A stretch of DNA of 64,000 nucleotides from Eledone cirrhosa (Eukaryota): positions 496,001-560,000 of the forward strand of contig OZ024751.1 in NCBI GenBank assembly GCA_964016885.1. Reading direction: 5' to 3'. The notes beneath the pieces were generated by a model. The model was not told where the DNA came from and did not search any database. It worked only from the letters and a program-made list of their open reading frames with translations. Positions 38,113 to 50,893 of this stretch are shown here, piece by piece. Numbering within the stretch: position 1 is the first letter of the stretch; the number at the start of each line of letters is the position of its first letter. The position numbers were made by a program, and so were the translations under genes.

Positions 38113-39502
38113 ACAATATAAACAGTTTTATAGATAAATAGATTCGACATACCGTAACAACATCTACTTGCATTTGAGAAGGTTGATTTGGTAGTGACAA
38201 AATTGTACACAGAGAGAAAGAAAGAGAGAGAGAAAGAGAGAAAAAGAGAGAAAAAAGGAAAGAAAGACAGAAAACGAAGAAAAAGAAAAAGAAGAAATGC
38301 ATGGAACAAAATAGAGAGATGGAAAGATAGATAAAGAGAAGAACTTCATGTAAAGAAACAGAAAGATATATATATATATAGAGAGAGAGGAAATAGAGAT
38401 AGATACATATATATAGAAAGCTAGGTAGTGGGACGTCTGTTGAATAACGTATCAATGATACATTTATTTATTTATTTATTTATTTAGCTCTAGTATTAAT
38501 GTAAGGGAGATATATGGAGAGAAAACCAGCTGTTATATAGGGAGAGAAAAAATATAGAGAGAGAAAAAAAAGAGAGAGAAAAAATTCAAAAATATCCAGA
38601 CACAGGCGAGGCGTAAATACCTCTGTTTTAATGTAGAGGTATTAGTATTTACAAAACCAGCCTCTACATTGTAAATATCAGTATTCCTGAATGAGATATG
38701 TATCCACAATGTGTGAAAATTAATGATCTTATGTTTAGTTTTTTAAAAAAATTTCTATGTTTATGTGATAATTACAAACATCTATGTGAATGTACATGAT
38801 CAATTCTGCAAACCCTAAGTTCACGGAAAGTATTCTCAATGCGGTATAAAAATTTAAGTATACATATATGTGTATATAGAGTCAATATTACTATTTCTGT
38901 CTCTACTCTACAAGATTATCTATCAAGCAAAAATAGAGCAGATTTCAATATACTAATAAAAATAAAAATATATCGGAAACAAAACTAAAATAACAATAAT
39001 AATAATAAGTAATAATAAAATAGAAAACTAAGAAATATTACGAAAGAATATTACATATTAAAAATATTACATAATTAAAAAATTTACATATTAAAAATAT
39101 TAAAAATAAAAATATTAGGAAATACTACAATAATAAAAATAAAATAAACCACAAAGATCAACCCTTCAAAATTAATTGACAATATATTGCCAAGTTCATT
39201 GTAAACATCAGAGTCGAAAAACAGATAAAGCCAAAAATTATCTATCAAATCGCATCTAGCAAAGATCATTTCAAAAAGTATAGGATGCCCAATTTGGTCT
39301 ACATGTGTTCTTATATTTAATATAGAAGTTTATCTAGTGTAACGTTTATTCGAAATATTTGGAGCATCAACTTTTAGGGTAGCTTAATTTTTCATGAAGA
39401 ATGTTTAAATAAAAATAAATAAAATAAAAATAAAAAGAATAAAAAGAGAATCAAAGATTTATCGGCTAGTTTCCCATATAATTATAAATCAAACTAAATA
39501 TA

Positions 39503-41010
39503 CTACATTTTAAATTTAAATTTATATTTAAACGTTGAGTTTAATCTATGTTTGCAACAACTGAATAAATTTGTCCGTAGATTAAGGGAATTTTTAGATT
39601 TTAGTATAAAGAATATCTCCTCTGCGCAGAGGTCACATGTCTCAGAGGATGAATTAAAAGGAATCCCTCTTGAGACTATATTCCAAGCCGTCGAATATCT
39701 AACGTTATCTAGCTTAAGTTGCCATAGTACGCCTGATAGTGCCGTTGAAGACTTTTTACTTGGATCTGTGAAAGAATTCTTGTGGTTATTATAGCGAAGT
39801 TTAAATTCCGTCGATGTGGAACCGACGTAGTTAAAAGAATTAGAGTCAGTATTAACATTACAATTGTATACTATATTTTTAACTAAGCAGTTGTTATTTA
39901 ACGGACATTTAGATCTATCTCTACAGTTACATTTGTTAACTTGTATATTATTTATGCTGTTATCACTAGGTTTTAAGTTCCTATTATTTATTCTATTGAT
40001 ATTTTGTGCTAAATTTTTGGTGGATGAGTAGGTTAATTTAATTGTATGTCTATTGAAAATTGAGTGATATCTATGTGTTCTAGGGAAGCGATTATCAAGA
40101 GCTTTAAAAAATAGTTTAGCGATGTGGGTTTTAATGTTTAGTGAGAAAGGGGGGGCAAACCAAATTATGTTCCTAGTTCTATTTCTTTTTTCGCCTTTGG
40201 AATTATTGTAATGCTTTCTATTATAGTTGTTAAGGATGTTGCCGTAATTAAAAAAGTTGTTACTTTGTTTAGTTTGTCTATCATTATCTATGTACACAAT
40301 CTTATCAGCATATCCTGCTCTAGCTAATGCTTCATTGTAGTATTGGGCTTTTTCGTCGAAAATCTTTCTATTCGACGAGATCCTAGAGATACGTTTTTGG
40401 ACAGAGTTTACTATAGTGTTTTTGACAGATCTGGGGTGGTTAGAGTTAAAGTTGACATAGTTTAAGTTTTCATTCAACTTGTGAAAAGGATAGTGAAGAC
40501 ATGTGTTGAGATTTAATGTTATATCTAGGAAATTGACTATTCTATGGTTGTTTTCAATTTCTATTTTAAGATTAAAGTAATTAAAAAATTGTGTAATTTG
40601 TTTACATTTTCTATTTAGTTCAGAGTTATTATTATCAATAAGTAAAAGCATGTCGTCTCTATATAAACCTCCGGTAGTACCGGGTATTTTCCTATGTAGC
40701 GAATTGATTAAAAATAAGCCCACAAGGTCAGTTACCTGGGCTGAGTCGGATGATCCCATAGTAATGTCAAAATTGCTATCTCTATCTGCTCTGGTCCATA
40801 GTTGGTCATTAAATTCTATCAAAGTTTTCCTAGCCGATAATATAATATGTATTTCATTGCTAGTTAGGTCAGTATGTTTGAATACGTAATTTAGTGCCTT
40901 ATTTAGTAGATTAGGGGTAATAGAAGAATAATAGTTAGCTATATCAAGTTGAATAAACTTATTATTATTGTTATATTTAATTTGCTTAAACCACTCAACG
41001 ACCTCTCCAG
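39503..41010 (-). CDS. Penelope-like (Naiad-type) reverse transcriptase + GIY-YIG endonuclease, N-terminally truncated open frame
   Basis: Frame stays open upstream of the listed ORF: FIQLDIANYYSSI (motif A), FDITMGSSDSAQVTDLVG (B), GLYRDD (C), FLDI; CNCRDRSKCPL..NC, IVY..YVGST..FKLRYNNHK, CDLCAEE, CKH. Confidence 0.9.
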
Positions 41011-41061
41011 ATGTTGTTACGGTATGTCGAATCTATTTATCTATAAAACTGTTTATATTGT

Positions 41062-41125
41062 ATTTTGTCTGAGGAAGGCATAGCATATTGTTAATATGAT
41101 ATCCCTGAAATATATATAATGAAAT
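41062..41125 (+). ncRNA. Type-I hammerhead (inverted pseudo-LTR copy)
   Basis: Identical to 38049-38112 on the opposite strand. Confidence 0.85.
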
Positions 41126-41163
41126 AAATATGGTTTTATAAATATAGTTTCCATTTATTTAAT

Positions 41164-41234
<71 letters not shown>

Positions 41235-41249
41235 GTATATATATGTATG

Positions 41250-42140
41250 TACTAATAAGAAATGTGTTACATGTAAAGTAAACCCCCAGATAAACTGTAA
41301 AACTAAAAATGTAGTCTGTAGCATAAGATGTACAGAGGGTACTTGCAGAAATATGACAACGACATACATAGGTGAGACAGCTCGTAGCATAGGAGAAAGA
41401 ATAGACCAACACTGGGGGGGGGGGGGGGATTAAAAGTACAAAAAAACGGTTCAGTACTATACGAAGATGCCAGACAACAACACGACGGTAACATAGACAA
41501 CATAGAAATTAAAATAATATCTAAACATAGAAATGACCCAACAGGAAGGCAAATCAGAGAAGCAAGCGAAATAGAGCTTAGAAAGCCAAAGCTAAACAGA
41601 AAAAATGAATGGAATAACAACACCTAAACAAACAATACTGACTAACGAGAAATATAAATAAATAAATAAATATATATATACACAAGCACAATAACAACAA
41701 ACACATATAAACACACTAATAAACTAAGATAGAATACAATAACCAAAACACATACACCCAAACGTGAACGCACACACCAAACACTATACACACACGCAAA
41801 CGCATGCGCAGAGACGGAGACAAAAATAAATAAATAAATAAATAGATGAAATAAAAATGGCGTAGACATTACAATTCATACAATACAGCAGGGGAAACAT
41901 GATAATAGTACCACTGATGATGTTACAGATGTGCAACGAAAGAACTTTGTTAGACTTTATATATATATTTATATCTGTATTTTTGACCGTTGGTCAGTCA
42001 GTGATAAACATTGATGGCTAAAGGAATTAACTATGGAGATATAAAAGATGCAGAAGCGAAAACTAACCAAACAGTGAGTGTGTTCTGTTATTATTTCTGG
42101 CAATAATATTACAACAATATGACCCTCCCCAAGTATAACA
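41250..42140 (+). mobile_element. Neptune-type PLE fragment (Cys-linker GIY-YIG + 3' UTR)
   Basis: CVTC...NCKTKNVVC.IRC...C...YIGETARSIGERIDQH; RQIREASEI..RKPKLN. Confidence 0.8.
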
Positions 42141-42210
42141 ATATATATATATATGAAAAATATGGGAAGAAGGATACTGCGTGGTTGCACATGGGTTACA
42201 TATAAAATTA

Positions 42211-42312
42211 GTCCCTCATCAGTGATTTTCCAACCGTCATTGGTATTTCATCGCATTAAAAATCATATACCTCAGGCTGGTGCGAGCAATAACTAAAATA
42301 AGCTATTGGGAC
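42211..42312 (-). ncRNA. Putative non-circularly permuted hammerhead, family B copy 1
   Basis: Minus: GTCC-CAATAGCT..AGTTATTG-C-TCGCA-CCAGCC-TGA-GGTA-TA-TGATTTT-TAA-TGCGA-T-GAAA-TACC-AAT-GAC-GGTTGG-AAAATCA-CTGATGA-G-GGAC. Confidence 0.75.
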
Positions 42313-42738
42313 AAGTGAGTCGCGTAAAGCGAGTGAGACAAGTAAACAACATAGAAGGAAAAGCAAACCAAAGATGGGAAAAAAAACAAACAACATGGTT
42401 ATCCGATCAGCATAAGCTGGGTGAATTTCATGGGCGTTCAGAATACAGACCTTTCGCTGTGAGTGGGATGTGAGAAAGAAAGAATCCCACTCCTAACGAA
42501 CGGGAGGAAGAGAGAAGGGGAGAAACAGAGAGTGTGTGAGTGGAAGTGCGAGGAAGAGGTCAGTCGAGAGAAAGTGTAACTGACAGAGGGGGCGAAAGAA
42601 GGTAATAAAACAGAGAGAACAGGGGAACAGTAAGAGAGAAAGAGAGAAACAGATAATCGCAGTCTAGGTAAATATGTATGAAAAATATGGGAAGAAGGAT
42701 ACTGCGTGGTTGCACATGGGTTACATATTATAAAATTA

Positions 42739-42840
42739 GTCCCTCATCAGTGATTTGCCAACCGTCATTGGTATTTCATCGCATTAAAAATCATATACCT
42801 CAGGTTGGTGCGAGCAATAACTAAAATAAGCTATTGGGAC
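42739..42840 (-). ncRNA. Putative non-circularly permuted hammerhead, family B copy 2
   Basis: As copy 1, with CCAACC and CAAATCA variants. Confidence 0.72.
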
Positions 42841-43098
42841 AAGTGAGTCGCGTAAAGCGAGTGAGACAAGTAAACAACATAGAAGGAAAAGCAAACCAAA
42901 GATGGGAAAAAAAACAAGCAACATGGTTATCCGATCAGCATAAGCTGGGTGAATTTCATGGGCGTTCAGAATACAGACCTTTCGCTGTGAGTGGGATGTG
43001 AGAAAGAAAGAATCCCACTCCTAACGAACGGGAGGAAGAGAGAAGGGGAGAAACAGAGAGTGGGTGAGTGGAAGTGCGAGGAAGAGGTCAGTCGAGAG

Positions 43099-43141
<43 letters not shown>

Positions 43142-43565
43142 GTAATTCCGTCGGAAAAGTCCAGGAAAAGAGTGCTCTATGTAGGTAACAGAGCTTATTA
43201 GTTATGTAATAAACAACATAAGACGATTATTTCATTTACCAGTGGTTTCTTAAAATGTATATATATATGTGTATATACATACACACATATATATATATAC
43301 ATACACAGATACATACACACACACACATACACACACACACACACACATATATATGTGTATATATATCCACACTCATTAATACTCATTTTCATTGATCTTT
43401 TGCTCCAGGCATTTGTTGAGTGCTCTAAATCTGCTATAAACATTTATACCCTTTTCTAAATATATATTTTTTTATTTATTATTTGTCGTATTCCCAACTT
43501 TTTATTTTCATTTTTATTTTTATTTTTATATATACAATATTTAGGTTTTTTATATATATAATATT

Positions 43566-43600
<35 letters not shown>

Positions 43601-43763
43601 TATGTGTGTGTGTGTGTATGTATGCATACGTATGTGTATGTATATATGTATGTGTAGGTATATATGTGTATGTGTGTATGTATGTGTATGGGAGCTTCCA
43701 ACAGTAATGGTTGCATTTTTTAAGGGTATGTCAATATTTATTTATAAAACTGATCTATATTAT

Positions 43764-43827
43764 ATTTTGTCTGATGAAAGCACACCATAATTTAACTTGG
43801 TGTCCTTGAAATATGTATAATGAAATA
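43764..43827 (+). ncRNA. Type-I hammerhead
   Basis: ATTTTGT-CTGATGA-aagcacacca..tggtgtcctt-GAAA-TATGTA-TA-ATGAAAT. Confidence 0.8.
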
Positions 43828-44296
43828 AATATGGTTTTATAAATATAGTTTCCATTTGTTAATATCGTATGTTTACTCCAAATACTTGTTGAGTGCTTTA
43901 TATCAGTTATAAAAATATTTGCTTGTTGTATCCCAACAATTTAAATAGAACTTTTGCATATATATATATATATATATATATATGTAGGAGGTGAGTTTTA
44001 TTGTAGTACAATAAAGCAATGCAATTTATACATTATCTTCCAACGGTTTTCAACCTCTCTATGTAAAACAATATATCTTCTCTCAGTTATAAAAACTATC
44101 TCTTTCTCTCTATCACCCATCTCTCCCTCTCCACCTTCACCCTCATCTCCTCCCCTTTTTTCATCCTTTCCACCGCCCCCCCTCTAAATAAAATATTTTT
44201 CCCAATATCACACATCAATCTAAAACTACTTTTCATATGTTGATTTAAAACTGCACTATCTACAAGTGTTTTTTAGCCTTCATATCATGTCCTCCT

Positions 44297-44365
44297 GTTT
44301 TATCTGATGAAAACACAAACATTATTGCATGATGATGTTTGTTTTTGAAATGCGCATAATAAAAT
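44297..44365 (+). ncRNA. Type-I hammerhead (family of 28671)
   Basis: GTTTTAT-CTGATGA-aaacacaaaCat..atGtttgttttt-GAAA-TGCGCA-TA-ATAAAAT. Confidence 0.85.
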
Positions 44366-45084
44366 ACATGGAACTCCTTTAACCATCTTTTGATCTTATA
44401 TATTATATAAATATATATATAATTATATTATATAAATATATATATTATATAAATATATATATAAGGGCGGTGCCCCAGCATGGCCTCAGCCGGATGGCTG
44501 AAACAGGTAAAAGGGTAAAAGTAAAAGAGTATATATATTGGAGTTAAACAAGGTTCATATGAATTATCTAAGAATGAGTTTTACACACACATATGTGTTT
44601 TTGTATTTGTATGTATGTGTTTGTGATACGTATGTATATGTATGTGTATATGTGTATGTATGTGTATATATGTATATATATATATATATAGATGTATGTG
44701 TGTGTATATATGTATATGTGTGTGTGTATGTATATGTGTATGCGTATGTATGTGTTTATGTATTTGTATATGTATATTTATGTGTGAGAGTATGTGTATG
44801 TATTTATTTTTACGTATGTATGTGTACGTGCATTTGGTGTATTGCTTACCACGTGTGTTTGTTCATTTATTTGTTACCTGTATCGCTGTCAACACTATAA
44901 TATTCTTTATATTCATTTTTATTTTTTTTATTATTATATATTTTTTCTTATATTTATTTGTGTGTGTATGTAGGTGTGTGTATATATTTCTATATTTGGG
45001 CATGCGTATGTATACGTGTATATATGTGTGTATGTATGTACGTGTGTATATACGTATGATTGCGTGTATGTATGTATGCATGTG

Positions 45085-45122
<38 letters not shown>

Positions 45123-45534
45123 CGTGTGTATATATATGTATGTGTGTGTATATATGTATATATATGTGCATGTATATATATATATATATGTGCATGTATA
45201 TATATGTGTGTGTGTGTGTGTGTGTATATGCACGTTTGTGTATTTGTATGTATGTGTATGTATGGATATGTTGATATTTATGTGTGTATGTACGTATGTG
45301 TATATGTATGTGTATGGATATATATAGACATATATATGTGTGTGTGTATATATGTGTGTGTGTATGTGTGTATGTATATATATATATATATGTGTATGTA
45401 TATATTTGTGTGTGTGTGTGTGTGTTTGCATGTGTGTTTTTATTTTTCCTTTCCTTCTTCCTTTTCCAGCCTCACTTTCATATAGATTATATTTTTGTTT
45501 TTAAAATCCAACGCCAATAAATACACCAGGATTT

Positions 45535-45595
45535 TTTCATTCTGATGATTGAAAACTAAATTTCTTTGCTTTTAAGAAACCACTGGTAAATGAAA
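45535..45595 (+). ncRNA. Type-I hammerhead
   Basis: TTTCATT-CTGATGA-ttgaaa..ttttaa-GAAA-CCACTGG-TA-AATGAAA; 3' half also present at 43205-43245(-). Confidence 0.8.
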
Positions 45596-45620
45596 TAATC
45601 GCCTTATGTTGTTTATTACA

Positions 45621-46812
<1,192 letters not shown>

Positions 46813-47102
46813 TAACAGATTAAAGTTTAAGCAAAGAATCGGTGCTTTCACCCTTAACGGGATCTTCTGAAACTAAAAAAACCAATCTGTGAACGCAGAA
46901 GTAAATATTTCGAAAAACGTTGCAACCGAAGGAAAACAGGAAGAAGATACTTTGGTTCGTGAAGACGTTCCCTGGCAATGAACAGAAAAAAGCGAGGATA
47001 ATACGTCGTTATGTGGAACGTTGAGAACAAATACACGCAAAGACAAAACCACGTTTATGGTATAAATGGAGTCTTAGACTAATATTCTATTTAGGAAACC
47101 AA

Positions 47103-50100
47103 ATGAAACGACAAGAAAATAGCAGAACCACACCCCACCCCAAGAAAAAGAAATGCACAGCAATAAATACACACAAGAAACTAATGATTTACATAATTGA
47201 ACACACAGACATTTCACAGCACCACTACATAATACCAGCACCAATCAAAACACCATCGAACATAAGACTGGTAAGAATATCACAGAAACAATACACAAAT
47301 ATTAAAATGAAATTCCCCAACACCGTTGGTGATTTCAGAGACCTAGGGGGGACACTCAACCGGAGAGTATACTCGGATATACTCACAGAAGAGCCGACGA
47401 CCAGCCGAAGGGACGATTTAACGGTCCCTTCACCAGACGATCAAGGTAAATGATCCTTTCTCACTTGCCCCGTTCCTCACCCAACATGGCCGTATTCAGG
47501 ATCGGAAGTGTAAACGTGCGTGGCTTGAGCTCGGTTTGGAAGCAGGGTCACTTGCTTAACGACCTCAGGTCACTAAACATAGATGTGGTGGCCATCAGCA
47601 AGACGAGAATCTCCGAAACGCAAGCTTTCAGGCTAGTAGCCGTCTATGCCCCGACAGGGACAGGACGGCCAGATTTCTTTAGACGTCTAGAGACCTTTCT
47701 TGGAACGTCCCACTCTTTAGTGTTAGTGGGCGAATGAAACGGTATTTTGGATGCATGCTGGGATTGTGTGGGGCTAGTGGATAGGGGAGGAGGGTGCAAG
47801 AGCCTCACCAACCTGCTCAGACGTTTTGAACTGTCTGACAGGTATCGACTGGATCACCCGAATGTGCCAATGTGGACATGGACAAACCGCATCGGGTCAT
47901 CCAGATCGTATCTCGATAGGGTATTCTGCAGAGGACTAGATAAGGCTAGTATAAGTGGTCCACAATTTAAAATAGTCGACTATACAGACCACAAATTTGT
48001 GATCTGTGAGATCGACATAGACAGACTTCATAGACAAGGACCCGGTTACTGGAAGCTGAACGCGTCTTTCCCGGCGCGCAAAGCCTACGGAGACCGGATT
48101 AGCGTATTAGTTAAGCGAGCGTTGACGGGAGCGGTCGTCAACAGCAGGTGGTGGTTTGCCCCGAAAAGGGCAATTAAAGTAGAGCCGATTAGGTTTAGCA
48201 AAGGACTAGTGATAGAGGAAAATAGAGTAGAGGGAGAGCTAGTCAGAAAGATAGAAGAGGCGTTTAGGACAGGCATCGCAACCGACGTGCTTGCGGCGAG
48301 ATTGGCACTCGACCAATTCTTCAATGCAAAACACGAAGGTTGCGTTGTCAGAGCTAGAACGCGTGCTCTGAAACACGAGGGGACGAAAGCCGTCCAATGG
48401 GCCCGGGTAGCAGAGGCACGACGTGGAAACAAAGCCACAATTCGGTCTTTGTCTGACCAAAACGAGCGCGTTTTGCTCGAACCCGAGCAGATGTGTGAGG
48501 CTTTTAAGCAGCACTTTGCTGAACTGTTCGGGAGCAGCGGCGGGCCGGATCGGGGTATGGACTTCAGTGCATACCTCGACGGACTGCCTCGGCTCTCGAC
48601 GACCGCAACACAGTGTTGCGAAAATCCAATAACAGCCGGTGAAATACGGGAAGCGATGGCTAACTGCACGAGGGGTAAATCGCCAGGTTTGGATGGTCTG
48701 CCCTACGAGCTTTATGCATTTATGCCAGATTTGTTCGGCGACCTCTTGGCAGACGTCTGCTGCAATTGGCAGCAGAACGGGAGCATTCCCAGTTTTGTGA
48801 GCCGGGGAGCGGTGGCACTGCTGAGAAAAGACCCGAACAAGGGGGATGTTATCAATAACTTCAGGCCCATAACCCTGCAAAACGCAGAGTTCAAGATTTT
48901 GGCCAAGGTGTTAGAAACGAGGTTGGCGCTTGTCGTCAAGTGTCTGGTGGGAGAGGCGCAGACATGTGCCATTCCGGACAGATCCATACACAACAACCTC
49001 CACCTCATGCGATACATCATAGAGATGGTGGTTAAGGAACCTGGCACGGGTGGGGCTTTGATCACCTTGGATCAATCCAAAGCATTCGATAGAGTCGACC
49101 ATCGGTAGCTGGCGGCGGTCCGCGAGGCAGCCGGTTTCGGGCCCGTTTTCAGGGGTTGGATTGCTGCGATGTACAACGACATCTGCTCAGTTGTGAGGGT
49201 GAACGGTCACCTGTCGCAGCCGTTCAGCCTCATGCGCTCGGTCTGCCAGGGTTGTCCCCTCTCGTCCCTCTTGTGCGTATTGGCTCTCGAGCCGTTACTG
49301 CACAAACTGGGGGCGATGAGGGGCGTCCCACGCGAACTAGGATGCGGGAAATCCGAGTCGGCTTACGCCGACGACGTCACCGTGGAGGTGTCGAGCACCA
49401 GACACATCCTCGGCACCGCTCTCAAGGAATACTAAGCGGTGACAGGAGCAAAGATAAACCATGAAAAAATTGGTGGGCTTGCAGCTCAGCACCTGGAGAA
49501 GCAAGTCCATGCCGTCCGGCAGCGTCGTGGGGCGTTGGACGGACCGGTTAAATTGCTCGGGGTCTGGTTCGGACCGGACCTCCAGATAGAGAAAAACTGG
49601 AGCGAGGTGACGAGCAAGGTGGCTTCCCTCACCCAGAAATGGCCGAGAGGAAGCTGTCCCTGAAAGGCCGGGCGGAGGTGGCGAATGCGTACATCGCATC
49701 CGTCATCTGCTACCGCCTCACCGTCGTCCCTTTCCCCGGCCCAACTCTCACCAAAATGGAGCGCCTCCTCTTCCGCTTTTTGTGGAAGGGACGCGCTCCC
49801 ATGGTCAGACGATCCATCTGCTGTCAACACCCGTTGCGTGGAGGATTGGGAATGCCATGGCTGATGATGCGCAAACATGCGCTGAGGCTGCGACATCTCT
49901 GGTGCTTCCTTGACGGCGAACAGGTGTGGTCGCCGTTCGCCAGGCACGTTTTCCCACAGCTCGTCTCCTTGACGGAGCTGCAGTCCTCGGTCAGGAAAAG
50001 ACCGAGGGATAGCGCTTGGAAACTGGAATGTCTCCAGGCGCTCACTGCCCTCTGCCAGCTGGGCACCAGTATCAGTGGAACATCCACCTCGGCGTTCTAT

Positions 50101-50861
50101 AGAGGACTAGTGGAGGGGAAGAGCGACGACGTTCTCGGAGAGATCCTGGGCGTCGAAGAAGATTAGCTGTTTGCTCTCTTCCGGAGAACTTTCAGCCCTG
50201 GGCCTATAGATAACTTGCAAAAAAATCCCTGGCCTGGAAGTGCTACCGAGGAGCGTTGCCGGTTCGAGATAAGCTCTACAGGCACGGAAGTGCCGTCAGC
50301 CGAGCCTGTCCGAGATGCGCGCAGAGCGACGAAAACGTCGAGCGCGCACTCGGTCAGTGCCCGAGCATTGTTGACTTGTGGAGCTATGTCGAACAGTTGC
50401 TGTCGCGTGTAGGACTGATCCGGTAGTCGACTGAGTCCATTGTGCAGATGGTCTCGCCGTCTTCCTTCGAGGAGGAATGGCAGGCGGTTTTCATCTGCTT
50501 GGTGGCCATAGCGAAAGAGATTGTGTGGTGGACAAAGTTGAAAGGGTTAAAGACAGACACTTTCCTCTTCGGCGAATCTCTAATTAACCTTTTCAAGTTT
50601 CACTTGAAGAGGAAAATCAGGGGGGAGAGGCAAGTGCTGCCTCCTAGCAAGTTTGTTGAAAGGTGGGTGAATGTAGCGAGAATGGTCCGAGTGAACGGGA
50701 CCGCTCTGAATATACGCCGGTAGTTTGAGAAATGGAAAAATTGAGAGAGGGCGCTTGCCCTGGTGGTCAGGGTGGCCGTGGTCTTTTGTGTGGTTTTCGC
50801 CACAAGTAACCCTCGGAGGTTTCTCCCCTATTGATGTCAGCCCTTGTAGCCAATAAAGAAA

Positions 50862-50863
<2 letters not shown>
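47103..50863 (+). mobile_element. L1/Tx1-clade LINE, 5'-truncated, degraded
   Basis: APE (IGSVNVRGL, YAP, TWTN, SYLDR, TDH), RT (KSPGLDGLP.E, FRPITL, LDQSKAFDRVDH, QGCPLS, AYADD), AATAAA then (ATT)n. Confidence 0.92.
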
Positions 50864-50892
<29 letters not shown>

Positions 50893-50893
50893 A

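Larger units (their letters stand above)
37920..41170 (-). mobile_element. 5'-truncated Naiad-type Penelope-like element with inverted 3' pseudo-LTR
   Basis: RT-GIY-YIG ORF, ~1.5-kb 3' UTR, and 38003-38165 duplicated in inverted orientation at 41009-41168. Confidence 0.9.
42152..43098 (-). mobile_element. ORF-less retrozyme-like element, family B (528-nt tandem unit, ~1.8 copies)
   Basis: 42152-42677 repeated from 42678; flanked by (TA)n; carries the permuted hammerhead in each unit. Confidence 0.8.

Noticed and set aside
39503-41010. Selenocysteine-containing Naiad protein
   Set aside because: No in-frame UGA in the visible truncated ORF; no SECIS recognised by eye
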